From positions 20,362-84,361 of the IMG/VR virus record IMGVR_UViG_3300042319_001922: 64,000 bases of DNA; one strand, 5' to 3'. Both the position numbers and the translations under genes were made by a program. Numbering within the stretch: the first letter of the stretch is position 1; each line of letters opens with the position of its first letter. This document shows, in pieces, positions 27,095-36,308 of the stretch. Origin of the DNA: a virus. The notes under the pieces were generated by a model. That model ran no database searches. It saw nothing but the letters and a program-made list of their open reading frames with translations, and was not told the DNA's origin.

Positions 27095-28409
27095 GAATGT
27101 TCCTCTTAATCAAATTTATAACTACCTCGAAGGGCTCGTCGGAGTTAATAGTACATTAATTTATCGTTTTGATCCACCGGGTAGTAAAAAAATTGGCAGT
27201 CTAACTGGGTCTAAACCTGTTACCATACCCTGGACTGAATACCAACGACTTATTGTCACTGTAATGCACGATCAAGAGCCGTTGAATTTTGATTTGTACA
27301 CTGAATCTAGCATTGGGTCTGAATTATTTCAATGGTTCCGCGATCATCGCAACGGTCAAGATGCATGGTTTACTTCCACTATGTATAACGAAATTTGCAA
27401 TCGCAATCTTGGGTTTGTGTATCATGGATCTACCACCTATGATCGAAACATCTTGGTACACAGTGAAAAACGCAGTACTGAATTGCAAAAGTACAGCAAT
27501 ATTGGGCTGGAGCCAGTGTATTGGTGGAGTCATGCCCTAATTGCACGTGACTGGTACCGATATGCAGAAATAGATCCGTTGTTGTTGCAACTGCCCACCG
27601 ATTACAAGTATGACTTTAATGTCTACAATCGAGCTTGGTCTGGCACCCGAGAATATCGATTAAAATTTACTGATCTCGTAATTGACCAAGATTTAGTACA
27701 CAATTGTAATATCGCATTTAATCAATTTGACAACAATGTGCACTATCAGAACTATGAGCTATGCAACAAGGCGTTTGCCCCAGATCATGATTTAACAGTT
27801 TTGCCCAGCAATGCCGCTAGTTCAGCTTCTAGTGCAGATTACGATTGTTATGATTATTCAATCTCTTGGTTTGATGTGGTTCTAGAAACACTATTTGATG
27901 ATCCAAGGCTTCATCTGACTGAAAAAATTCTGCGACCAATTGCATGTGGCAAACCATTTCTATTGGCTGCAACACACGGCAGCTTGCAGTATCTCAGGGA
28001 CTATGGGTTCATGACGTTTGGTGACTTCATTGACGAATCGTATGATCTAATACAAGACCCAGTGCTTAGACTAAGAGCTCTAGTCGAGACCATGAAACAA
28101 ATATCAGCACTGAGTCTTGCGCAAAAAAGATCACTAAAACAAAATATCAAACACATAACTCAGCATAACCGAGCTAGATTTTTCTCTCAAGACTTTTTCA
28201 ATCAAGTCACTCAGGAATTTGTGCACAACCATCAACACGCACGTGAAATCTGCCAGAGCCACAATCTAGGCCAAAACTACGTTGATTATCGAAAAGTAGC
28301 AAAAACTGTGCCAGCCTTGCGTGATATACTAACCTCAGACGATCAATATCGTAGCCGGACTGATCTAGCAGTGCTGTTACAAGAAATACGAAAACACCAG
28401 GGACGTTAA
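27093..28409 (+). CDS. Probable GT-B glycosyltransferase-like protein
   Basis: DVVLETLF...LTEKILRPIACGKPF...YLRDYGFMTF resembles the GT10-like nucleotide-sugar-binding region. Confidence 0.6.
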   Translation: MNVPLNQIYNYLEGLVGVNSTLIYRFDPPGSKKIGSLTGSKPVTIPWTEYQRLIVTVMHDQEPLNFDLYTESSIGSELFQWFRDHRNGQDAWFTSTMYNEICNRNLGFVYHGSTTYDRNILVHSEKRSTELQKYSNIGLEPVYWWSHALIARDWYRYAEIDPLLLQLPTDYKYDFNVYNRAWSGTREYRLKFTDLVIDQDLVHNCNIAFNQFDNNVHYQNYELCNKAFAPDHDLTVLPSNAASSASSADYDCYDYSISWFDVVLETLFDDPRLHLTEKILRPIACGKPFLLAATHGSLQYLRDYGFMTFGDFIDESYDLIQDPVLRLRALVETMKQISALSLAQKRSLKQNIKHITQHNRARFFSQDFFNQVTQEFVHNHQHAREICQSHNLGQNYVDYRKVAKTVPALRDILTSDDQYRSRTDLAVLLQEIRKHQGR

Positions 28410-28762
28410 CTTCTTGTCACAATTCCAGTCCAGTCACTGCCTGGGTCAACAATTTCAAAATCTTTAATTCGATCCAGCAATGTATCATAGAAGCTGTCCA
28501 ATTCACCTCGCCATTTGCCTTGCAAATGTTCAATTGCATCACGACAGTATTTCCAATTCTTCAATCGATAATTGATCATGAGATTATGGTGCAAGTCGGT
28601 GAATTGCGTAATGGTCAACATTTCAGTCAGCGGTATCTGTTCCATCACACAATACGCTGTGACTGGTGCATCGCTGTTGGGGAATTGCATGGTATCTAAT
28701 TCTAATACCATGTAGCGATCATCTAGTGATGAAAAATTCTCTTTGCCAAAAATTATATTCAT
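28406..28762 (-). CDS. Hypothetical protein
   Basis: 118 aa, AAGGA RBS. Confidence 0.65.
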   Translation of the reverse strand: MNIIFGKENFSSLDDRYMVLELDTMQFPNSDAPVTAYCVMEQIPLTEMLTITQFTDLHHNLMINYRLKNWKYCRDAIEHLQGKWRGELDSFYDTLLDRIKDFEIVDPGSDWTGIVTRS

Positions 28763-28786
28763 GTGTAATTTCCTTTTAAATATGTA

Positions 28787-29569
28787 TTGATGAAACTAGC
28801 CTTTGACCTTATTTCTGACTTGCATGTCAGCTCGCATACCGAGTTTGATTGGACCAGTCAAGCCACCAGCCCCATTTGTGTAGTCGCCGGAGATGTAGCG
28901 CATGATCACAGCGAACTTAGACGAGTGCTTAAACATTTGGGTAAAAATTACCAAGCAGTATTTTATATTGACGGGAACGATGAACATCGACATGCACTTG
29001 AGACACTAGACACTAACTACGCTGCCGTGCGAGCCGCAGTTGAAGGTATTGATAACGTCACATACATGCATGATCATGTTGTTATCATCAATGGGGTAGC
29101 AATTATTGCCACCAATGGTTGGTGGAGCTTTGATTGGTCCAAGCAATTCACAGTTGAGGAAACCAAGGCAGGTGTTGAGAATCATTATGGCATAACCAAT
29201 ATTGGAACATCGTTGATAGAATCTATTGCCAACAGTGATTCATTGTATCTGGATCGAAGCATAGCTAGATTACAAACCTTTAATGATGTCAAACGAATAG
29301 TTATAGTAACACACACTGTTCCCCGGGGAATATTTTTACAACACGACCCTGATCTCGCAAACTACAGAATCAATTCTTCTATCAATAGCAACATCACCAT
29401 GGGATTGAGTAGTGACACTGAGAAAAAAGTAACCACCTGGTGCTTTGGGCACTATCACTGGCCTGTTGACCAAGTGATTGACAATGTCAGATACGTGTCT
29501 AATCCACGTGGCAGAATAGACTCGCCCTGGCATCGTAACCCATATTTTCCCATACGGATAGAAGTTTAA
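28787..29569 (+). CDS. Calcineurin-like metallophosphoesterase
   Basis: ISDLH, AGD, GNDEH (variant of GNHE), THTVP, FGHYH, SNPRG. Confidence 0.85.
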   Translation: MMKLAFDLISDLHVSSHTEFDWTSQATSPICVVAGDVAHDHSELRRVLKHLGKNYQAVFYIDGNDEHRHALETLDTNYAAVRAAVEGIDNVTYMHDHVVIINGVAIIATNGWWSFDWSKQFTVEETKAGVENHYGITNIGTSLIESIANSDSLYLDRSIARLQTFNDVKRIVIVTHTVPRGIFLQHDPDLANYRINSSINSNITMGLSSDTEKKVTTWCFGHYHWPVDQVIDNVRYVSNPRGRIDSPWHRNPYFPIRIEV

Positions 29570-29880
29570 CCACCATCTGGCTCAAGTTTGATTTGCAACG
29601 GAAATCCTTTTTCCCTTGCACTAACTGTGATTTCAATTCCCTTTTGTTCGGCAATCTCGTAGGGCAACACTGCCACTGTGGCTGCACCAGCTTCGTGAAT
29701 ACTTTGTGTTATATTCTCTGCTGTTGTAACAGAATAATCAAAATGTTCGATCAAACTTTCAATTACAAAATCCACTGGAGTTGAATTGTCATTGATATAG
29801 ATCACTCGATACAACGGTGGTTCTTTAAGAGATAAGTTGGTTTTTACTCGTACTCGAGTTTTAGGGTCAGCTTGTGACAT
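29566..29880 (-). CDS. clpS: Clp protease adaptor ClpS
   Basis: PPLYRVIYINDNSTPVDFV, IHEAG, EIAEQK, AREKGFPL. Confidence 0.92.
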   Translation of the reverse strand: MSQADPKTRVRVKTNLSLKEPPLYRVIYINDNSTPVDFVIESLIEHFDYSVTTAENITQSIHEAGAATVAVLPYEIAEQKGIEITVSAREKGFPLQIKLEPDGG

Positions 29881-29890
29881 AATATTCCTT

Positions 29891-29925
29891 GAAAAACTGG
29901 GGGCAATGCGCCCCCAGTGTTATTT
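29891..29925 (-). terminator. Intrinsic terminator after hsp20
   Basis: CTGGGGGC-loop-GCCCCCAG followed by TTTTT on the minus strand. Confidence 0.75.
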
Positions 29926-30382
29926 ACGTTGGTGAAGAGTTTTCGTAAGCAATAGCAATGCTCTTGGGTTTCATTGCTTCTGGCACACGTTGCTCCAATC
30001 GTACAGTTAGGATACCGTCACGTGCGATAGCGTCCACAACTTCAACGTAATCGCCTAGTGGCCAACTACGTAAAAATTTGCGAGCACTGATGCCTTGATA
30101 ATAGTACTCATGCCCAGCTGGCAATGTAGATACACGTTTTTCGCCCACAATATTAATAACGCCTTCGCGCACAGTGATATCAATTTCACCCTGAGTAAAA
30201 CCAGCCACAGCCAGTTGTAATTCAAAAGTGTGTTCACCAGTCTTGATGATGTTATAAGGGGGATAGTTTGTACCCGATGTTGCCGATGTTTCAATTTGAT
30301 TGATAATTCTATCAAACAAGCGATCAACACCAATAGAAGTACGATACAAGGGGGATAGATCGAAAGCTGTAATTTTAGTCAT
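29924..30382 (-). CDS. Small heat-shock protein Hsp20 (IbpA-like)
   Basis: FDLSPLYRTSIGVDRLF, NYPPYNI, LAVAGF, GISARKF, DGIL, PEAMKPKSIAI. Confidence 0.96.
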   Translation of the reverse strand: MTKITAFDLSPLYRTSIGVDRLFDRIINQIETSATSGTNYPPYNIIKTGEHTFELQLAVAGFTQGEIDITVREGVINIVGEKRVSTLPAGHEYYYQGISARKFLRSWPLGDYVEVVDAIARDGILTVRLEQRVPEAMKPKSIAIAYENSSPT

Positions 30383-30389
30383 TTGTTTT

Positions 30390-30451
30390 CTCCTTTAATA
30401 AGCAAGTTGACTTTTTGTAGCCCGACTGTCGGCACTACAAGTGTATTTATA
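30390..30451 (-). promoter_or_regulatory. TATAAATA late promoter plus two-hairpin ROSE-like leader of hsp20
   Basis: TATAAATA at 30444-30451; hairpin TTGTAGTGCCGAC-A-GTCGGGCTACAA; then CUUGCUU-AUUA-AAGGAG. Confidence 0.7.
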
Positions 30452-30464
30452 ACACATTTTTTAA

Positions 30465-30734
30465 TTATGTACGATTGTTTAGGTCTGACACCACACGAAA
30501 ATTTATCCAATCATGCGCTTGATTCCAACTTTTGGGATTCCAGGTCAGCACAAATAATGTGTAGTTACGGTCGTCCTCAAATGTCAATCTGTGTTTGTTT
30601 TTTATTGTTTTTTGCTTGGATGACACTGGGTATTTTTCCAACCAACTGTGTATTTCTTCACGTATGATCGTCAAGGCATAGTAGGTATATTGATTGTCCT
30701 TGCCCGACTGTGGCAAACTGAATTCGATGTACAT
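30465..30734 (-). CDS. Hypothetical protein
   Basis: 89 aa, coupled to the clpX stop. Confidence 0.65.
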   Translation of the reverse strand: MYIEFSLPQSGKDNQYTYYALTIIREEIHSWLEKYPVSSKQKTIKNKHRLTFEDDRNYTLFVLTWNPKSWNQAHDWINFRVVSDLNNRT

Positions 30735-31921
30735 TAAAGTGCATTGGGAATCTTGACTAGCTCAGCATCAATAGTAAGCGATCCGCGCCCTTCATCTCTA
30801 TAACGAATCAAATCAAACATGTGCGGCATAAGCACACGTTCAAGTTCACTGTGCAATGCTCGGGCCCCGGTGCCGGATACTATGGCTCGATCAACCAATG
30901 CTTCTAGTGCATCAGGTGTGATAATGACTTCAACATTGTCTTTTTTGAATAGCCATTTGTACTGATCAATGTAGTTGTTGCGCACTTCAGTCAACACCCG
31001 AATCAAATCCTTACGATCAAGATGGTTGAGTGTGACCATTGTTGGAAATCGACCTACAAATTCTGGAATAAGACCAAAGCGAACCAAATCGTCAGGTACC
31101 ACTTGTGTCAGTTCAACATCTCTTGTGGTTGTTACTGGGGAAGTGAATCCCATAGACGAGCCGTTGACTCTATTTTTAATAACTTGTTCTAGGCCAACAA
31201 ATGCGCCTCCGGCAATAAACAATATATTGCTTGTGTCAATTTCAATTATTTCGCCTGCAGGATTTTTACGACCTCCCCCAGACGGTATACGACAAACTGT
31301 GCCTTCAACCAATTTAAGCAGTGCTTGTTGAACACCTTCTCCGGATACATCTCGAGTGATGCTGGAGCTTTCGCTTTTGCGAGCAATTTTATCAATTTCA
31401 TCCACAAAAACAATGCCACGTTGTGTTTTTTCAACACTGTTGCCCGATGCTGTGTACAATCGACCTATCAAGCTTTCCACATCATCGCCCACGTAACCTG
31501 CTTCGGTGATGCTGGTGGCATCAGCAATCACAAATGGTACGTCGAGGTATCGTGCCACACTTCGTGCCAGCAATGTTTTGCCCGACCCAGTGGGGCCTAG
31601 CACAAGAATGTTTGCCTTGGTAACTTCAGGATCACTGTCCAGTCGTTGAATACGTTTGTAGTGGTTGATTACTGCAACCCCCAAAACTATTTTGGCATTT
31701 TCTTGACCAATAACATACTGATCTAGATATTTCTTTAATAGTCTTGGATCAGTCAACTCTTGATCTAATTTTAAAACTTCCTCTGCTGGGTCAAGTAATA
31801 AATCCTGACACAGCTGAACGCATTCGTTGCATATTGCACTGCGATCACTAACAATGAGTTTTTGCACACTATCTTTGTGCTTGTTGCAAAAGCTACATGT
31901 ATCGGTAATATTATCTGCCAT
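30734..31921 (-). CDS. clpX: Clp protease ATPase subunit ClpX
   Basis: CSFC...CNEC zinc domain, [43 protein letters not shown]. Confidence 0.97.
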   Translation of the reverse strand: MADNITDTCSFCNKHKDSVQKLIVSDRSAICNECVQLCQDLLLDPAEEVLKLDQELTDPRLLKKYLDQYVIGQENAKIVLGVAVINHYKRIQRLDSDPEVTKANILVLGPTGSGKTLLARSVARYLDVPFVIADATSITEAGYVGDDVESLIGRLYTASGNSVEKTQRGIVFVDEIDKIARKSESSSITRDVSGEGVQQALLKLVEGTVCRIPSGGGRKNPAGEIIEIDTSNILFIAGGAFVGLEQVIKNRVNGSSMGFTSPVTTTRDVELTQVVPDDLVRFGLIPEFVGRFPTMVTLNHLDRKDLIRVLTEVRNNYIDQYKWLFKKDNVEVIITPDALEALVDRAIVSGTGARALHSELERVLMPHMFDLIRYRDEGRGSLTIDAELVKIPNAL

Positions 31922-33456
31922 TAAATTTCCTGTCGAAGTCGTTGTTCAATTTGTAAACGTTCACTATCTGTTAAGAGTTCAGGGTCGTATTCGCCCGAAC
32001 TCACTCGATCAATTAAGCTTGTGATATATGCAGAATTGTAAGAATAAGTATCGCTGTTGTTTTTGTCAACCTCTATCCATGATGTACCATTGTATTTGTA
32101 AAGCTTGGTTGGGATAGACACAGTGTCTATAAACATATCTCCCTTGATTGGGAATTCTGGAAATTCTTTTCCGTAAGACATTTCAGGACCGTCAAGGTAT
32201 ACCTCCCACGGCAATCTTTTGATAATGCCACGTGCCAATAACTGTCTCTGAACTTTTAATGTATCAGTTGGATGCAATGATTTCCAACGATTTTTAGCTG
32301 CCTTGACTTCGGGTTCATCGGACTCCTCGTCATGATCAACTTCATTGTTGTGTGTGTTGGCAGTTACTTCTTGACTGGGACTAGGCTGTGCTGTTGCTGG
32401 TGGGGGATACACCATGGGCTTGAGATCTTCAAAATGCTTGAATGGTTGATTCAAGTATGGGTGTTGTTCAAGTAACGATTTCTCAGGTTCTACTTTTTCT
32501 ACTGGATCTGGTTCAGGAAGAGGTTGTTCAACAACAGAGTCTTGAGTTATCTTGTCATCAAAATCTTTAGGATGCTCACCTGGGTCAACAAACTTCATTC
32601 CTGTTTCTTTTATTTCTTCAACTGGTTCTTGTATATTTTTTGGTGGTTCAGGCACTTGTGCAACATGAGTGGGTTGAGGAAGTTCTATTTCCTCTTTTGG
32701 TTTTCTGTACCACTTGCGACTTTCTGTTGCTGCCAACAACATCATGATAGCCAAAGGATCAAACACAGCAACAATGATGATGATAACCCAGGTCACTGCC
32801 TTTTCCAACAAGTTAGCATCGGGATCGTTCCCGTAGATAAACGCCGCAATGTATTTTAACGGACCAACTTCTGCTTCCACCTTGCGTACTTCAGCGGCGA
32901 TGGGTGCCCGTTCTTCACTAAGTTGAGTAATTGTTTTCTGTTCGGCTGTAATCTCAGAAAGTAGTCTAGTGCGTTCTTTGGCCTGCGCCTTGCGCAACGC
33001 AACTGCTTTGTCCGCACCTTTTTCATCTTGACTTCGACCCATAACTTGGTCCACAGACTCATCCATCTGTTTGAGTACTCGGCGATTAGCATCAATGTTT
33101 TCCTTTGCTACTTTAATCTTTTCGTCATACACAGCAATCTTTGCCTGTACATCTCCACCCACCAGACTTTGATCTGAGTGTGCTTTGCTCAAGAAGCCAA
33201 AGATGCCCATGCTGGTAATCAACATCAGCATGCCCACAGCAGGCACTAGATACACCTTCATTGTGAGTCTGCATCGATCCCAGTACTCGTGTAACCACAC
33301 AGTTACAACAAGCTTGGCCACTTCCAAGATACTGCCCATGATAACAATAGGAACCACAGCCGCGGCAAAGATAGCGGTTAAACCCACTATAGAATAAAAA
33401 GCAGCCACAGCAGATAAGCATATGGCAACTATAAACATCAATGCAGTTAGTATCAT
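31921..33456 (-). CDS. Membrane-anchored coiled-coil protein with Pro/Glu-rich linker
   Basis: Three N-terminal TMs, [13 protein letters not shown], coiled coil, VFDPLAI TM. Confidence 0.75.
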   Translation of the reverse strand: MILTALMFIVAICLSAVAAFYSIVGLTAIFAAAVVPIVIMGSILEVAKLVVTVWLHEYWDRCRLTMKVYLVPAVGMLMLITSMGIFGFLSKAHSDQSLVGGDVQAKIAVYDEKIKVAKENIDANRRVLKQMDESVDQVMGRSQDEKGADKAVALRKAQAKERTRLLSEITAEQKTITQLSEERAPIAAEVRKVEAEVGPLKYIAAFIYGNDPDANLLEKAVTWVIIIIVAVFDPLAIMMLLAATESRKWYRKPKEEIELPQPTHVAQVPEPPKNIQEPVEEIKETGMKFVDPGEHPKDFDDKITQDSVVEQPLPEPDPVEKVEPEKSLLEQHPYLNQPFKHFEDLKPMVYPPPATAQPSPSQEVTANTHNNEVDHDEESDEPEVKAAKNRWKSLHPTDTLKVQRQLLARGIIKRLPWEVYLDGPEMSYGKEFPEFPIKGDMFIDTVSIPTKLYKYNGTSWIEVDKNNSDTYSYNSAYITSLIDRVSSGEYDPELLTDSERLQIEQRLRQEI

Positions 33457-33461
33457 TTGAA

Positions 33462-33749
33462 TTATTTATCGACTCCGTTAGGGGCTCTGATAGTGATTTG
33501 CACTGCCATCTTGGTAGCTACCCAAGTGGCCCATCTCGGGTCTGGTACATCAAACCAAACATAAATGCCTGCTTTGCTAGTGCTTGCTTGTAACCTTCTT
33601 TTAACTTTGGGCTGACAGCGCCAGTTCCTGTGGAACCATTGCTGTGCTTCGTGAATTATCTGATACCACTGATTGGTAGAGTTAACCTTTATCCAGAATC
33701 GGTGTAGCTCGGGGGTCGTTTCTTTAAGCGGATCAATTATCGTTGACAT
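33462..33749 (-). CDS. Hypothetical protein
   Basis: Trp-rich ORF of about 95 aa from ATG 33749. Confidence 0.6.
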   Translation of the reverse strand: MSTIIDPLKETTPELHRFWIKVNSTNQWYQIIHEAQQWFHRNWRCQPKVKRRLQASTSKAGIYVWFDVPDPRWATWVATKMAVQITIRAPNGVDK

Positions 33750-33754
33750 AAAAT

Positions 33755-34008
33755 TTAGAGATCTCTGAATTGATACATCGTAATACGTTGCTTTACACCT
33801 CACTGCACTTTTATTGGCCTACCAATCAGTAGCGGTACCCTAAAGGTACATTTCTGAAGTTTTAACACAGAATTCAGCAGTTGTTTTTCTGCATCAAGCA
33901 GGTGCCGCACCTCGAGGAATTAAACAGTACTTGCCACGGTCTCTTACCTCTTTTGATTCGAATAATAAGACCTAACTACCACCCCAGTTCCCCTTTGCTA
34001 CACTCACA
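33755..34008 (-). ncRNA. Candidate structured non-coding RNA or long leader (family unassigned)
   Basis: About 250-nt gap in an otherwise packed genome, preceded by TTGTTA-N17-TATTAT, with several predicted helices. Confidence 0.4.
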
Positions 34009-34045
34009 TAATAACAGAATGTAATAAATTTAACAATACTTTTGG

Positions 34046-34288
34046 TTAATTGTTTTTGTTTCTCAGCAAGTACATTGTGACTTCGCTGCCGGATACCTTG
34101 ACCAGTTCTTGCGGATACTTGTTGCAGTCGGCCCACCGATTGCTCACGCCTTTGACCCCTACCATTTTGGGATTGAGTTTGGCCACGGTGCCCACGTTCA
34201 TGCTGTTGCTTCGCGGGTAAACCACACAGTCGCCTATGTCCAAGGGTTGGCCAAACAGGTCTGAATGTTGAACCGGCACTTTAGACAT
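34046..34288 (-). CDS. Small SH3/KOW-like phage protein
   Basis: DLFGQPLDIGDCVVY...GTVAKLNPKMV. Confidence 0.7.
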   Translation of the reverse strand: MSKVPVQHSDLFGQPLDIGDCVVYPRSNSMNVGTVAKLNPKMVGVKGVSNRWADCNKYPQELVKVSGSEVTMYLLRNKNN

Positions 34289-34547
34289 CTGTGTCCTTTA
34301 GAAGTTCTTTGAGTTTTCTGACATCTTTGTGCTTGGGGAAAATAAAAGTATGATGCCAGACGTTGTTGTATTTGATAGGCAAGTCGTTGAACACTGTTAA
34401 TCTTGGCCCTTCTGTTTCATTGATCACCGTATCATTACCTACTGTGCCAACAAAAGGAATCTTGTTCCATGTGCCAGCCACGCGATCGCCAATCTGATAT
34501 CTTGCTTTGTATCTATTTGCGGCAAAGTATTCGGCTAGATTTGCCAT
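34281..34547 (-). CDS. Small SH3-like phage protein
   Basis: YQIGDRVAG...FVGTV. Confidence 0.7.
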   Translation of the reverse strand: MANLAEYFAANRYKARYQIGDRVAGTWNKIPFVGTVGNDTVINETEGPRLTVFNDLPIKYNNVWHHTFIFPKHKDVRKLKELLKDTDV

Positions 34548-34564
34548 GCTATTTTACCTTTTGA

Positions 34565-35938
34565 TTAGAGTTTTTCGCCAGCTTCAAATCCACGGAATCG
34601 CTTGTGACGGGGGAATCTCAGTGAGTATGTTCCGTCTTGGTTTTGCGTAACTGCATCAGCTTCGACTTCACCGATGACACCAAGTAACTGATCCCGTGCG
34701 GCCCAAAACTCATCGCGATCGCTATCGCTATAACCAGTACCAACATTAACCCGAATATTTCGTTCATTGTCAACTCCTTCGTAAATTATAGCACCCAACC
34801 GGCCCTGATTGCGACCAGTACCTTCTTCAAAACCCACAATGGTCAAGTCCACAGTGATAGTGGGTTTCCATTTCATCCATGAGTCGCTACGCTTGCAGAT
34901 GTAAGGTGCATCCAGATTCTTGATCATGATGCCTTCGTAGCCCTGTTCCACCGATGCTTCGGCAAAACGGCGCATGACGTCATGCCCTTCTGCTGTGTCC
35001 AGGTCCACATCCATGCCCGGCATGATACGCAGGTTGTCAGTCTCTTCTAGAGCTGATTTGGCACTGTCAAGCCACTCCAGCCGTTTGTGCTGTTGCACAT
35101 TCCAGTGACCTTCTTTAAGGGCATCCAAGGGCAACACATCAAAAATGTGATACACCATGCCCGAAGTTTCAGCATCACTCTTGCGGTGTGCCTGTTTCAT
35201 GAGCTTTTGAAAAGTCTCGCCCACAATCTCACCGTCCAGCACAAATTGGCCACCAGTACCGCGCCCGTATTGAAACGCCTTGCGGTTGACTTCAATGGCT
35301 TCGGCAATCTGCGGAAAGTTTTCAAACACCTTGCCATTGCGGCTGTACAGTGTGCAAACATCACCTTGTACCACAGCCACCACACGAACACCGTCCAGTT
35401 TGACTTCCAGGCGCTTGATGCCCTTCATCTTTTTGGGTTGATCAGCACTGTCCTGTGCCAACTGCACACTGAACACTGGAATCCGCCACTCTGTATTGCC
35501 CACAACTTTGTTGATGGTCTTTTCAGAGATACCGCAACGCAGGTCCTTGATGATCACTCTGCGGGCCAAGTTATTCCACTCGTCTGAGTCAAACTGTTCG
35601 GCTACTTCTTGAATACGATCACGAGCACGGTGTCCTGTGATACCACGGGTACGTAGATTTTCCAACAGGGCCCAGAACACTGGCCAAGGATTGTCGCGGC
35701 CAGTGAGGCCCGACGTTTCTGGCACTTGCCTTACATTGAATGTGTAGAAAGGATTGTAGGCCTGATAGCAGTTGAACAAGAAAATCTGTGCGTTGGCGCT
35801 CCCCAGCTGAGAGGCCATTAATGCTTTCTCGATCACTTTTTCTTTATGAAGTCTGCTGTCGCTACTTTCTAGGTCGCGAATCCAATCTGCCGCCACTTTG
35901 ATCCCATTATATTCTGGTGATGTTAAATCACGTATCAT
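34565..35938 (-). CDS. ATP-dependent DNA ligase
   Basis: EVKLDGVR (motif I), SRNGK, LDGEI, IFDVL, EGIMIK, WMKWKP, LRFPR OB domain. Confidence 0.96.
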   Translation of the reverse strand: MIRDLTSPEYNGIKVAADWIRDLESSDSRLHKEKVIEKALMASQLGSANAQIFLFNCYQAYNPFYTFNVRQVPETSGLTGRDNPWPVFWALLENLRTRGITGHRARDRIQEVAEQFDSDEWNNLARRVIIKDLRCGISEKTINKVVGNTEWRIPVFSVQLAQDSADQPKKMKGIKRLEVKLDGVRVVAVVQGDVCTLYSRNGKVFENFPQIAEAIEVNRKAFQYGRGTGGQFVLDGEIVGETFQKLMKQAHRKSDAETSGMVYHIFDVLPLDALKEGHWNVQQHKRLEWLDSAKSALEETDNLRIMPGMDVDLDTAEGHDVMRRFAEASVEQGYEGIMIKNLDAPYICKRSDSWMKWKPTITVDLTIVGFEEGTGRNQGRLGAIIYEGVDNERNIRVNVGTGYSDSDRDEFWAARDQLLGVIGEVEADAVTQNQDGTYSLRFPRHKRFRGFEAGEKL

Positions 35939-35976
35939 TTCAAGCTCCTGTAATACTTACTCAATTTGCAACAACT

Positions 35977-36006
35977 ATTATACAACATGTTGATTTTAAA
36001 ATCAAC
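35977..36006 (-). promoter_or_regulatory. Sigma70 promoter of the ligase gene with a perfect 18-bp palindrome over the -35
   Basis: TTGATT-N17-TATAAT; GTTGATTTTAAAATCAAC at 35989-36006. Confidence 0.65.
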
Positions 36007-36007
36007 C

Positions 36008-36298
36008 TTAATCACCACTGTCAATTTGATACTGGTCATCGCAGTGACTGCATCGATAATTGGTCAAACAACGACCAGCATTAGAGCTTTGGTAAAGATG
36101 TGTGCAAGGTTCGCCTTGTTTGTTTAGACGAACGTCACCTCGCGGGTTTCCAAACATGTACTGGCCACCACAATTGTTGCAAGCAAGGGTATCGGTAGAT
36201 TTATCATACCCTGAATAAACATGTTTGTATTTTTGTTGCTCTGGACTGAGAGGTACTCGGCAAGAGCCGTTGCAAACTGGACAAATTCCTCGAGACAT
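36008..36298 (-). CDS. Small Cys-rich zinc-binding protein
   Basis: CPVCNGS, CNNCGG, CTH, CSHC. Confidence 0.7.
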   Translation of the reverse strand: MSRGICPVCNGSCRVPLSPEQQKYKHVYSGYDKSTDTLACNNCGGQYMFGNPRGDVRLNKQGEPCTHLYQSSNAGRCLTNYRCSHCDDQYQIDSGD

Positions 36299-36308
36299 TT
36301 TTATCCTT

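Noticed and set aside
33755-34008. tRNA, tmRNA or RNase P RNA
   Set aside because: A TTCGAATC is present but without a T-stem, acceptor stem or CCA end; no RNase P GAGGAAAGUCC core was seen.
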